Source: Candidatus Latescibacterota bacterium (lineage in GTDB: Bacteria > Latescibacterota > UBA2968 > UBA8231). Taken from it: DNA of 64,000 nt. How positions within the stretch are numbered: the first letter of the stretch is position 1; every line of letters begins with the position of its first letter. The stretch lies in contig OZ252098.1 in NCBI GenBank assembly GCA_965248355.1, positions 4,896,001 to 4,960,000 of the forward strand, written 5' to 3'. The notes beneath the pieces are model-generated. The model was not told the DNA's origin and ran no database searches. It was given only the letters and a program-made list of their open reading frames with translations. Made by a program: the position numbers and the translations under genes. Positions 1-8,578 of the stretch are shown piece after piece.

Positions 1-746
1 TTCCTCAGGAGCCAATCGAGATTGAAGTCGTACCCGCTCTCTCGCCACCTCTCAAGAATGGACTGCATCCGCTCCCGGCCTTCAGGCCAGGAACCGCAAA
101 TCTTGGCAAGTGCCAAGTCTCCGTGAGAGAGTTTCGTGCCGCCGCTGTTGACGCGATTGAAGATGTCCACCACCACATCGATCGTCTTGTCGGGACCGGT
201 GACTTCCTCCACGTGGAGTTCGATGTCCCGGATGCCCAGAATCTGGTTGAGGCGCTCGCTGAATTCACCGATCCTGGCCGCCAATTCCGGCACTTGTGCC
301 CAGCGAGTGTACTGTTCGCCCAAACCGTCGTGTCCTCTCTGCATCAACTCCGACACATTGATCCAGAGGGGATCGTCCTGCATATGCATCGGCTGATAGA
401 ACCTGAACTCCTCGTTCTGGAGATGGAAGTAGAGCCCCGTGAAGGTCGTGGCGTTGCCGTCGAAGAATGCGGGCGGTTCTCCGCGGATGATCCCGTAGAG
501 GGAGGTCACCCGCTGCTGGCCGTCCAACAGGAGCCTCACAACGCCCGGCGCAAGATCCTGTTCGCCCCGATGAGTCACGTCCTCCGCCGCTGTCGCCCAT
601 ACAAGCAGGCTCCCAACCGGATGGCGGCGGTACAGTGAATCCATCAGGCCGCGGACCTGGTCGCGATTCCAGACGTACCCGCGCTGGAACTTCGGCAGCG
701 CCATGTAACCGCTATCGATGTGGTCGAGGATGGTCGAAACTTTCAC
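1..746 (-). CDS. DUF262 (GmrSD/ParB-like) domain protein, runs off the left window edge
   Basis: Not in the ORF track. Manual translation from GTG at 746 (GGAGG upstream): VKVSTILDHIDSGYMALPKFQRGYVW...LLLDGQQRVTSL...IFNRVNSGGTKL, matching the QR, DGQQR and FxxxN motifs of DUF262. Confidence 0.85.
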   Translation of the reverse strand, partial: MKVSTILDHIDSGYMALPKFQRGYVWNRDQVRGLMDSLYRRHPVGSLLVWATAAEDVTHRGEQDLAPGVVRLLLDGQQRVTSLYGIIRGEPPAFFDGNATTFTGLYFHLQNEEFRFYQPMHMQDDPLWINVSELMQRGHDGLGEQYTRWAQVPELAARIGEFSERLNQILGIRDIELHVEEVTGPDKTIDVVVDIFNRVNSGGTKLSHGDLALAKICGSWPEGRERMQSILERWRESGYDFNLDWLLR

Positions 747-809
747 GCTTGCGTTTCCTCCTATCGGGTCAGTGCGCGCTTTTCGCTGCCTTGGCGGCGA
801 ACGGCGGGA

Positions 810-1802
810 TCATGTGTCATCGGCGAGAGCAATGCGGTTCTCGATCTTCCGCGCCAAGTCCCTGAAGTCACGGTAACACTCCTGGACGGCCGTCTGGTGT
901 CCGCCGATGGCTCCGTCGGCCGGTTTGAGCATGAACATGGGTTTTCGCGCCTCCTGAGCCAGTGGCATCAGGGAGCGGTAGTCTTTCAGGTGGGCGAGGA
1001 GGTGCGGGTCATCCGAGTCGGAATCAGGGGGGCTGTCACCCGCTTGGACGACGGATTGCCGATACTCACCGGGGATCTGCTCGATCCAGCGCCCGAATGG
1101 CTTGGGCCGATAGATCCGGACCGATTGCCCCATGATGATGTACCCCGCCGGCTGCATCGATCCTTGCGGCAGATCCAACTCCAGGTCCTCCGGTTTCTTT
1201 GCGCGCCGCTCGGACCAGGCTTCCCGCCATTTTCTCAGGGCCGGCCCGACATGGCGCAGTCCCTGCAGGGAGAACAGATCGGGCGCGAGCGGAATGATCA
1301 CATGGTCGCAAGCCACCAGGGAAGCCCGGTTCAGGGGGCCCAGACTGGGGCTCACGTCCACAAGAGCGAGGTCGGCCTCGAACCGTGTTCCGGCGTGGTC
1401 AATGAGTCGGGCGAACGCCGTGGTAACCCGGAAGGCTCGTGAATCACCGGCCAGGCAGAGGGACCATTGATTCCATAGATCGTCCTCTTGCCTGGACAGG
1501 CCGAGGTCGCCGATGAGCAGCCCGATCTTCTCGTCGATTTCTTCGACATGGGGCTCGGAGGCGATGTCTCCGCTTCCGTCGAAGAGCGGCGCGATGTCGT
1601 CGTTGACCGTCTTCCTGGCCGGATCGTTCGACATCTCCTCCATCGCCTCATCGGCCAGGAACATCCCGCTCAGATTGGCCTGAGGGTCCAGGTCGGCCGT
1701 GATGACCCTGCGGCCCTGATCGGCGAACATCCAAGCCAGGTGGTAGACGAGAGAGGTCGTGCCCACTCCTCCTTTGTTGTTGAAGAATGCGACCGTCTTC
1801 AC
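810..1802 (-). CDS. ParA/MinD-family ATPase with variant Walker A
   Basis: FFNNKGGVGTTS, ADLDPQANL, VDVSPSLG, IIPLAPDLFS motifs. Confidence 0.85.
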   Translation of the reverse strand: MKTVAFFNNKGGVGTTSLVYHLAWMFADQGRRVITADLDPQANLSGMFLADEAMEEMSNDPARKTVNDDIAPLFDGSGDIASEPHVEEIDEKIGLLIGDLGLSRQEDDLWNQWSLCLAGDSRAFRVTTAFARLIDHAGTRFEADLALVDVSPSLGPLNRASLVACDHVIIPLAPDLFSLQGLRHVGPALRKWREAWSERRAKKPEDLELDLPQGSMQPAGYIIMGQSVRIYRPKPFGRWIEQIPGEYRQSVVQAGDSPPDSDSDDPHLLAHLKDYRSLMPLAQEARKPMFMLKPADGAIGGHQTAVQECYRDFRDLARKIENRIALADDT

Positions 1803-1818
1803 GCTCTTGCTCCGACCG

Positions 1819-1959
1819 TCACGCTGATGAAGGGACTTCCGCCGCGAAGGCGCAGATCGCCTGCCGGATCTTGTCCAGGTCGCGGGCGGCGGCCGTGAAC
1901 TCGATCCGGTCGCTCTCTCCGCCGGCGATGAGAGCGCTCAGTTCCCGGTCGTCAGGCAT
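1819..1959 (-). pseudogene. Truncated AlbA_2/Schlafen-like DNA-binding domain (46-aa N-terminal stub)
   Basis: MPDDRELSALIAGGESDRIEF...DKIRQAICAFA resembles the AlbA_2 start (E-x3-EFK...ICAFAN), then stops. Confidence 0.6.
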
Positions 1960-2305
1960 TGGGCCTGGCCCTGGAGGTCGCCGACGGAGGGCGTCCGTCG
2001 GCGATGCCGGACAGCTCGACCGGTGGGCGGTCGGGAAATCTGGCGATGAGCGACAGGCTGCCGCCCATGGCCTCCACCGTCTTGCGCAGCGTCGAGAGCA
2101 ACAGATCGCTTCGCTGCTCGAGCCGGGAGATGCCGTCCTGCGAGATACCCAGCTCACGTGCCAGGTGCACCTGGGTGAGCCGCCGGGCCTTGCGGAGTTC
2201 GCGCAGGTTCATCTCCTCGGCAAGCAGCTCGGCCGCCCGATCCTCGACCTTGCGGCGACGGGCGGGATCGAGCCGCGCGATCTTGTCTTCCACGTTCAGG
2301 GGCAT
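1952..2305 (-). CDS. XRE-family HTH regulator, HigA-like antitoxin
   Basis: LRELRKARRLTQVHLARELGISQDGISRLEQRSDLLLSTLRKTVEAMGG; ATG at 2305 with AAGGAG upstream. Confidence 0.85.
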   Translation of the reverse strand: MPLNVEDKIARLDPARRRKVEDRAAELLAEEMNLRELRKARRLTQVHLARELGISQDGISRLEQRSDLLLSTLRKTVEAMGGSLSLIARFPDRPPVELSGIADGRPPSATSRARPNA

Positions 2306-2482
2306 CACGAGTCTCCTTCGTTTGCGAGCCTGGCGGCCGGGCAATATGTCCCCGGAAACATATGCCGTCAAGGGCAGGGGAGGCCTTGCAGCAAGGCTAC
2401 CCGAAGCCCTCCGCCCTTGCCCGAAATCCCCCGGTCCCTTCATTCACGGACCGAACCCATCCTGGCAAGGAAAGGAGAAGCC

Positions 2483-3053
2483 ATGAAACGTCTGACAGCA
2501 GCAACCATCGTGGCGCTGACCGCCCTCGGGCCGGCCGCGCAGCCCGCCTTGGCCCAGGACTCGGAGATCACGGCGGCTGACGTGGTGGACCGGGAAACCC
2601 TGAAGGCCTTTGTCCACGCGGCGGTGGCGTACGCGGACCAGGCCACAACCCTGCCGGAGTACCTGGGTATCCTTCAGGAGTTCAGAGTCGAGGGACGCTG
2701 GAAGCAAGGATCGATCTAACGTCTTTGTCGTGCTTCCTGATGGCACCGTCCTCTTTCACGGAGGGAATCCCGATCTCGAGGGCCAGAACCTCTATGACTC
2801 CGAGGACTCCAATGGCGTCAAGTACGTCCAGGACCTGATCGCCGCGGCGGCCAACGGCGGCGGCTACGTCGAGTATCTCTTTGACAATCCCGCGATCGAG
2901 GGGGACGAAGAGAGCGGCTCGCCCAAGGTGAGCTACGTCGTCCCCTATACCGCCTTCGGCCAGGATGCCATCGTGGGCTGCGGCTTCTATCCGGAATCTC
3001 CTGCCACGGCGGTTACGGGACAGTCCTGGGGACAGCTGAAAGGCGGGTTCTAG
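2483..3053 (+). pseudogene. Secreted single-Cache-domain protein, +1 frameshift at about 2718
   Basis: Signal peptide (AQPALA-Q). Paralog of 4370-4936: ATCTAACGTC here versus ATCTACCTC there, and removing one A restores the full-length frame. Confidence 0.8.
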
Positions 3054-3078
3054 TGGACCAGCGGCGAGGCAGGCAAGT

Positions 3079-3999
3079 GTGACCCCCAAAATGATCACGG
3101 GCATTGCATACATCGAGATGCGGACGCGCCTCTGGGACGAATGCAGGGAGGTCTACGGCAGGCACCTCGGCCTGACCGAGCTGCAGAACACCACCGCGGT
3201 GCTCAACGAGAGCGGCGAATGGGTCGACAGCGCCACATCCGAGAGCGGCAACCGCGAGGCCATCCTCCAGGTTGGAGACTCCTTCCTTGTCCTCCACGAG
3301 GACGAGACCGCGCCCATACAGGTGTCGCCCAAGGGAGAGAGGATGCGGGAGACCTGGGGCTCGGTCGGCCACTGGTCCTTCTTCGTCGAGGGCAACTTCC
3401 ACGCCTACTCCCACCTGAAGGACTACTTCGCCTTCAACAGGTCTCCTGGCGCCGAGGAGGGGCCCAGCGTGCAGCCCCTGAACCACGCCTACATGCAGAG
3501 GACCCTGCTGGAGTTTGTCGACCCCAACGGATACACCATCCAGATATCCGAGATCATCGACCCCAGGCTGCACAACCAGGAGCGGCGCAGGGAGAAGCAG
3601 AGGGTAGCCAACCTCTCCACCGGCGGGCTGATCAAGGGCTTCGATCACATAGCCATACAGTGTCCGGACATGGCCAAGGGAAAGGAGATGTACGGCGACA
3701 AGCTGGGCTTGCCCGTCATCCACCACTCCGACAGCGACACGCACGAGCAGAACGTCTTCGTCGCCGGCATGTGCGACATAGAGCTGGGCGCTCAGAAAAA
3801 CGGCGCTGACGCCGACCGCCTTGGCCGCGGTGTTGTGGGCTCCTTCGGCCTCTGGACCGATGACGTGGACGCGCTGGCCAGGGAGACAGGCCACGCCAGC
3901 CCGCCGGCGGAGCGCGACCTGGCCCTCGGCGTGCCCATCCGGTCGATCACCCTCGATGTCGGGGACGGCCTCCCCGTGGAGGTCGCCCAGCGCCTGTAG
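3079..3999 (+). CDS. Two-domain VOC/glyoxalase-family protein
   Basis: FVDPNGYTIQI, GFDHIAIQCPDMAKGKEMYGDKLGL motifs. Confidence 0.7.
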   Translation: MTPKMITGIAYIEMRTRLWDECREVYGRHLGLTELQNTTAVLNESGEWVDSATSESGNREAILQVGDSFLVLHEDETAPIQVSPKGERMRETWGSVGHWSFFVEGNFHAYSHLKDYFAFNRSPGAEEGPSVQPLNHAYMQRTLLEFVDPNGYTIQISEIIDPRLHNQERRREKQRVANLSTGGLIKGFDHIAIQCPDMAKGKEMYGDKLGLPVIHHSDSDTHEQNVFVAGMCDIELGAQKNGADADRLGRGVVGSFGLWTDDVDALARETGHASPPAERDLALGVPIRSITLDVGDGLPVEVAQRL

Positions 4000-4288
4000 G
4001 GCGTCGCCGTCAGGCCGGCACCACCGTGCTGGAGCCGTACCGGTCGCCTGGAAGCACGTGGCAGAATACCCATGCGTTGCAAGCTGCCGCAAGGCTCGGC
4101 CCGTCATCTCGGCTCCCCTCTCTAACTGCATAATAAGCAACGAGTTGTGGCCCCTTCCTGGACAGCGGAACAGGGGTCTCCTGGGCGGTTGGCAGTCGCA
4201 TTTCGCCACACTTCCAGAACCCCGCTGCGGTCGTCAAGTATCCCTCAACTCCTTCATCCGCAGGGTGTTGGCCATCTCTGCAAGGAGC

Positions 4289-4303
4289 TGGCACGGATTC
4301 TGC
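4289..4303 (+). promoter_or_regulatory. Putative sigma54 (-24/-12) promoter
   Basis: TGGCACGGATTCTGC (GG-N10-GC, one mismatch to TGGCAC-N5-TTGC), about 66 nt upstream of the ATG at 4370; IHF-like AAGCAACGAGTTG at 4135-4147. Confidence 0.6.
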
Positions 4304-4369
4304 GATATAACGGCCACCTGCCGAGCGACGGCAGGATCGGACGCATCTGCCAGGAGAAGGAGAATCATC

Positions 4370-4936
4370 ATGAAGCGTCTAAGAGGGATCGTTCTGACGC
4401 TGACCACCCTTTGGCCCGCCGCGTATCCCGCCCTCGCGCAGGAGATGGAGGTCACGGCCGGTGACGTGGTGGACCGGGAGAGCTTGAAGGCCTTTGTGCT
4501 CTCGGCGGCGGAGTACGCGGGCCAGTCCACCACCGCTTCCGAGTGCCTGGCTGTCATGCAGGAGTTCAGAGCCGACGAAGCCTGGAAGCAGGGATCGATC
4601 TACCTCTTTGTCCTGGCTCCTGATGGCACCGTCATGCTTCACGGAGGGAATCCGGATATCGAGGGCCGGAACCTGATCGACCTCGAGGACTCCAATGGCG
4701 TCAGGTTCACCCGGGAGCTCATCGCCGCGGCGGCCGAGGGGGGCGGCTACGTCGAGTATCTCTTTGATGATCCCGCGGTAGAGGGGGACGAAGAGAGGGG
4801 CTCGCCCAAAGTGAGCTACGTCATCCCCGGTTCCGCTCCCGGCAAGGATGTCATCCTGGGCTCCGGCTTCTATCCGGAATCCGCTTCAACGGGCGTTCCG
4901 GGTCAGGCCTGGGGACAGCTCAAGGGCCGGTTCTAG
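4370..4936 (+). CDS. Secreted single-Cache-domain protein
   Basis: AAGGAG RBS, signal peptide (AYPALA-Q), YLFVLAPDG..LHG..GRNLIDLEDSNG..GGGYVEY..KVSYV Cache pattern, C-terminal AWGQLKGRF. Confidence 0.8.
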   Translation: MKRLRGIVLTLTTLWPAAYPALAQEMEVTAGDVVDRESLKAFVLSAAEYAGQSTTASECLAVMQEFRADEAWKQGSIYLFVLAPDGTVMLHGGNPDIEGRNLIDLEDSNGVRFTRELIAAAAEGGGYVEYLFDDPAVEGDEERGSPKVSYVIPGSAPGKDVILGSGFYPESASTGVPGQAWGQLKGRF

Positions 4937-4962
4937 GCGCGACCACTCCGGCAGGGGCGAGT

Positions 4963-6552
4963 TCACCCATAGCGCACGACGAGCTCCACATCGGTAAGCA
5001 TCAGGGTCGACGCCACCTGCGGATGGCGCTCCTGCAGATCCACCCGCACATCATGCTCGCCCGGTGATACCCCCGACTCGGTCAGGTCCCAGCTGAGCCA
5101 CACGGCGGTGCTCCCGTCCGCTATGTCGCGCCAGCGCGGCCATGGGGGAAAGGCGCCGCCCGGAGGGGAGGGATTGTCCAGCCGGCAATAGCCGATCTCC
5201 GGCGGTCCCAGTGGCTCGCCGTCCCACCATACCTGCACGACATCTCCCTCCACCCATTCGTTCACTCGCAGCCGCAACTGCAGCAGCGATGGTCGTTCAG
5301 CGCCGGACTCCTCGGCGATGTCGAGTGTGATGGTGGGGCCTTCGCCGGTCAGGGTCCCGGCGATCTCCACCGGCACCTGGCCGTAGAGGCGGTCGATGCG
5401 GAAGGCGCCGCGCCAGTCGCCGGTGCGCTGCACGTAGCGATGGGTGGCGGCGTAGATCTTGTCGGTGCCGCCCAGGGTCCCGGGGGAACCGATCGTCGTC
5501 AGCAGGGGCCGCTTGGAATCGCGGTTGGCGTGCCAGTTGAAGACGTAGATCCCGGTCGCGCCCGCACGGTGATAGCGGCTGGCGATGGCCCGCGTGCGCA
5601 GGCGGTCCTTGTCATCCGGCTCTTCCGGACCGACGAAGGGATCGGGGAGATTGCTGTCGAAGCCGGGGTAGACGGCGATCTCCGTTCCCGCGCACAAGTC
5701 GACGAACCCGGCCACGTCGATGCTGGCATCGGTGACGGCGTTGCCGGCGGGAATGATGATGTCCACGAGATCCTCGTCGATCCAGGCCGGTATGTCGTAG
5801 CCGATGCGGCGGCACATCTCGAGGGATCCGGCGACGCGGGCGGCCAGGAATACGGGGCGGCCCCGCTCTTCACCGAGGGCGTTGGTCATCCGGCGGATCG
5901 CGCGCTGCAGGTCGGTGAGCAGGTAGCGCAGCCGGTATCCTTCGTCGTCGGGGAAGTGGAAGGCGTGGCGCTGCCAGTCCAACTCGACGCCGTCCCAGTC
6001 GTAGCGGCGGCAGACCTCTTCGACATGGTTGAAACGACGCTGCCGGACTTGCGGCACGGCCATGTTCCACGACAGGGCGAACCACTCCGAGGTGCGGTCC
6101 CCGAGTACCCACTCCGGGTGCTCATGGCGCAGGGCCTCGACGCGGTGGGCCTTGCGTAGCGCTCCGAGATCGCCGATCTGGGCCCCGCCGAAGTGATTGT
6201 CGTTCATGCGCACCGAGGCATAGACGTGGAGGCCCAACTCGTGTCCGCGGGCGATCAAGGCCTGCTGGGGATCCTCGCCGCGGTCGTACATCTGCAGGAT
6301 GTTCTCGGTTGCGTTGTAGGCCCCGGCGCTGTCGTAGGGGCGCTCCCGGTGCTCGCCGATGAACTCCACGACCTCGCTGGGCCAGCGCGATCCCTGGCCG
6401 CCGGTGCTCCAGAACAGGGCGCCTACCTGGGTCTCTTCGAGGGGGGCATATGTCTTCTCGAGGAAGGAGGACTGCGACTGCGGCGCCGGCGAGTACCCGT
6501 GGGGAGCGCCGTCCCAGTTGTAGATGATGCGGTAGCCGGGAGGAGTGGGCAT
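4963..6552 (-). CDS. Glycoside-hydrolase-like (GHL10-type TIM barrel) protein
   Basis: IIYNWDG, YASVRMNDNH, DGVELDWQRH, GIYVFNW motifs; start placed at MPTPPG. Confidence 0.55.
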   Translation of the reverse strand: MPTPPGYRIIYNWDGAPHGYSPAPQSQSSFLEKTYAPLEETQVGALFWSTGGQGSRWPSEVVEFIGEHRERPYDSAGAYNATENILQMYDRGEDPQQALIARGHELGLHVYASVRMNDNHFGGAQIGDLGALRKAHRVEALRHEHPEWVLGDRTSEWFALSWNMAVPQVRQRRFNHVEEVCRRYDWDGVELDWQRHAFHFPDDEGYRLRYLLTDLQRAIRRMTNALGEERGRPVFLAARVAGSLEMCRRIGYDIPAWIDEDLVDIIIPAGNAVTDASIDVAGFVDLCAGTEIAVYPGFDSNLPDPFVGPEEPDDKDRLRTRAIASRYHRAGATGIYVFNWHANRDSKRPLLTTIGSPGTLGGTDKIYAATHRYVQRTGDWRGAFRIDRLYGQVPVEIAGTLTGEGPTITLDIAEESGAERPSLLQLRLRVNEWVEGDVVQVWWDGEPLGPPEIGYCRLDNPSPPGGAFPPWPRWRDIADGSTAVWLSWDLTESGVSPGEHDVRVDLQERHPQVASTLMLTDVELVVRYG

Positions 6553-6556
6553 CGGC

Positions 6557-7420
6557 TCAGGCCGGCGGCTGCAGGTTGTGGAGAGCGTCCAGGAGTTGCG
6601 GCGACAGGGCTTGAGCCTCCGCTCTCCTGGCGTTCTCGCGGGCGTGGCCGGGGTCCGTCGTGCCGATGATGGCCGAGTCGATGACCGGGTGGGACAGGGT
6701 GAAGCGCAGGGAGCATTCAAGGGGATCGTCCCACGCCCCCTCCTCCGTCAACAGATCGCGCACCGGATCCCAGTAGGGGCCGCCGTGGAATTGCGGCGAG
6801 TCCGGCGGCAACAGTCTGGCGTTGGCGATGGGACGCTTGGCCACGACCCCCATACCCGCCCTCTCGGCCGCCGGCAGGACCTCGTCGAGGGCCTGCTGAC
6901 TGATGATGTTGAAGGTCACCTGGAGGGCGTCGAAGGCGCCCGACGAGATCGCCTCCAGGGCATCGGCGTCGTCACCGCTGTACCCCGTGTAGCGCACCTT
7001 GCCGGCATCGCGGGCGCGCAGGAGGGCCTCCGTCGCTTCGCCGGCGCGCAGGACCTCCGCCGAGCAGGTGTGCAGAAAGACGAGATCGAGACGCTCGAGG
7101 TTCATTCGCTTGAGCGACCGATCGATGCTGTTCTCGATGACGGCACGGGAATAGGGCTCGCCCTCCTCGCCCCCTGTGATGCAACCGCACTTGGTGGCCA
7201 CGGCGAACTGGCGGAGCCGGTCTCCGAGGAAGCGGCCGAGAAGCTCCTCGCTGGCGGCGTAGCAGTCCGCGGTGTCGATGAAGGTGATGCCCAGATCCAG
7301 GAGGCCGTCGAGGAGGCTCTCTATCTGCTCGAGGGGCGCGCCATCGCCGATGCGGGCGGCCCCGAATCCATGGCGGCTGACCTCGAGGTCGGTGGAGCCC
7401 AGCGTGGTGAGTCGTTCCAT
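6557..7420 (-). CDS. Aldo/keto reductase
   Basis: GITFIDTADCY, ATKCG, LDLVFLH, AIIGT motifs. Confidence 0.9.
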   Translation of the reverse strand: MERLTTLGSTDLEVSRHGFGAARIGDGAPLEQIESLLDGLLDLGITFIDTADCYAASEELLGRFLGDRLRQFAVATKCGCITGGEEGEPYSRAVIENSIDRSLKRMNLERLDLVFLHTCSAEVLRAGEATEALLRARDAGKVRYTGYSGDDADALEAISSGAFDALQVTFNIISQQALDEVLPAAERAGMGVVAKRPIANARLLPPDSPQFHGGPYWDPVRDLLTEEGAWDDPLECSLRFTLSHPVIDSAIIGTTDPGHARENARRAEAQALSPQLLDALHNLQPPA

Positions 7421-7618
7421 TCAGTCAGGTCCTTTGAAGGGAGAGCCCCGCGGCCAATACCCCGGTGGCAGGCTGCAACGTACGCCTGCCTCTGCCCCTC
7501 GGCCAGTTATCAGGCCGAGCACGAGAGCGCATGTCGGTCCTCGATGGACCGCTCGCCGGAGTGCGCGCTCTCATCGCCCACCTGGCCGGGAGTGCCGGCC
7601 GACGTCGCCTGAGACCCG

Positions 7619-8503
7619 CTACAGAAGCTCCAACCCGCGCAGGAGATCGCGGACCTGCTCCATCTCCTCTTCGGTGGCGTTGGGAGCGGGGGAGCGGCGC
7701 CACCGGGGGGCGACGCCGCAGACCTCGATCACTGCGTGCACCAGTCCGTCGCCGCCAGCCGGGAAGACCGGCCACAGGTCCCAGAACGGCTGCTCGTAGT
7801 GCATGGCCAGGCGCCAGGCCTCGGCTGCGTCGTTCCGCTTGATCGCCTCCCAGTAGAGCTTCTGGGGCGAGAGATTGCAGTAGATGAAGACGTCCAGCCA
7901 GGCGTTGCAGCCGTGGGGCCACAGCACGTAGTGGCGTTTGATGCCGCCGCCGCCGGTCATGGGCCAGCGGTCGCCCCAGCGCATGAGCACCTCGTGGGCG
8001 TAGTTCAGCGTCAAGTCCTCTTTGAAGGCCCGCATGTTCGGGTCGTCGGCCACCAGCTCGAGCGTACGGATCGGCACGTCGCCCACGAACATCACCGGCG
8101 CCTCGCGGCCGCAGGCCTTGTAGAAATCCGCCAGGGTCTCCGGCGTGCCCCTGGCCCAATCGGCCGGGCGCACCATGTAGAGGTCGAAGCCCAACTCGCG
8201 TACGTAGCGCCCGAACTCCACGGCTTTGTTGAGGCCCCATTGGTTGTCGCAGGCGATGGTGAGGGCGCGGCCGTTCACGTGCTCGGCCACGACGCGGTGC
8301 AGCTCGGCGACTTCGTCGTCGGTGAGCAGCGAAATGAGGCTGTCGCCCCAGGTGAGCATGATGACGTTGCAGTTCCCTTCGAGGGACTTGTCGATCACCG
8401 CTCGCGTGCCGTCCCAGTCGATCTCACCGGACTCGGTGAAGATCGTGGGCAGCGAGTTGACGGGGCCGTCGAGCAGGGCGCGGACTTCATCGCGGTCGCG
8501 CAT
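7619..8503 (-). CDS. Dihydrodipicolinate synthase (DapA)-family lyase/aldolase
   Basis: LPTIFTESGEID, LLTDDE, AFKED (Schiff-base Lys), RSPAP motifs. Confidence 0.7.
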   Translation of the reverse strand: MRDRDEVRALLDGPVNSLPTIFTESGEIDWDGTRAVIDKSLEGNCNVIMLTWGDSLISLLTDDEVAELHRVVAEHVNGRALTIACDNQWGLNKAVEFGRYVRELGFDLYMVRPADWARGTPETLADFYKACGREAPVMFVGDVPIRTLELVADDPNMRAFKEDLTLNYAHEVLMRWGDRWPMTGGGGIKRHYVLWPHGCNAWLDVFIYCNLSPQKLYWEAIKRNDAAEAWRLAMHYEQPFWDLWPVFPAGGDGLVHAVIEVCGVAPRWRRSPAPNATEEEMEQVRDLLRGLELL

Positions 8504-8578
8504 CGGAAACCTCCAGGCGGCTACAGGTCAATGCCGCGCAACATGTCGCGCGGCGGGTCGAGTTCCTCATCTCTTCCA

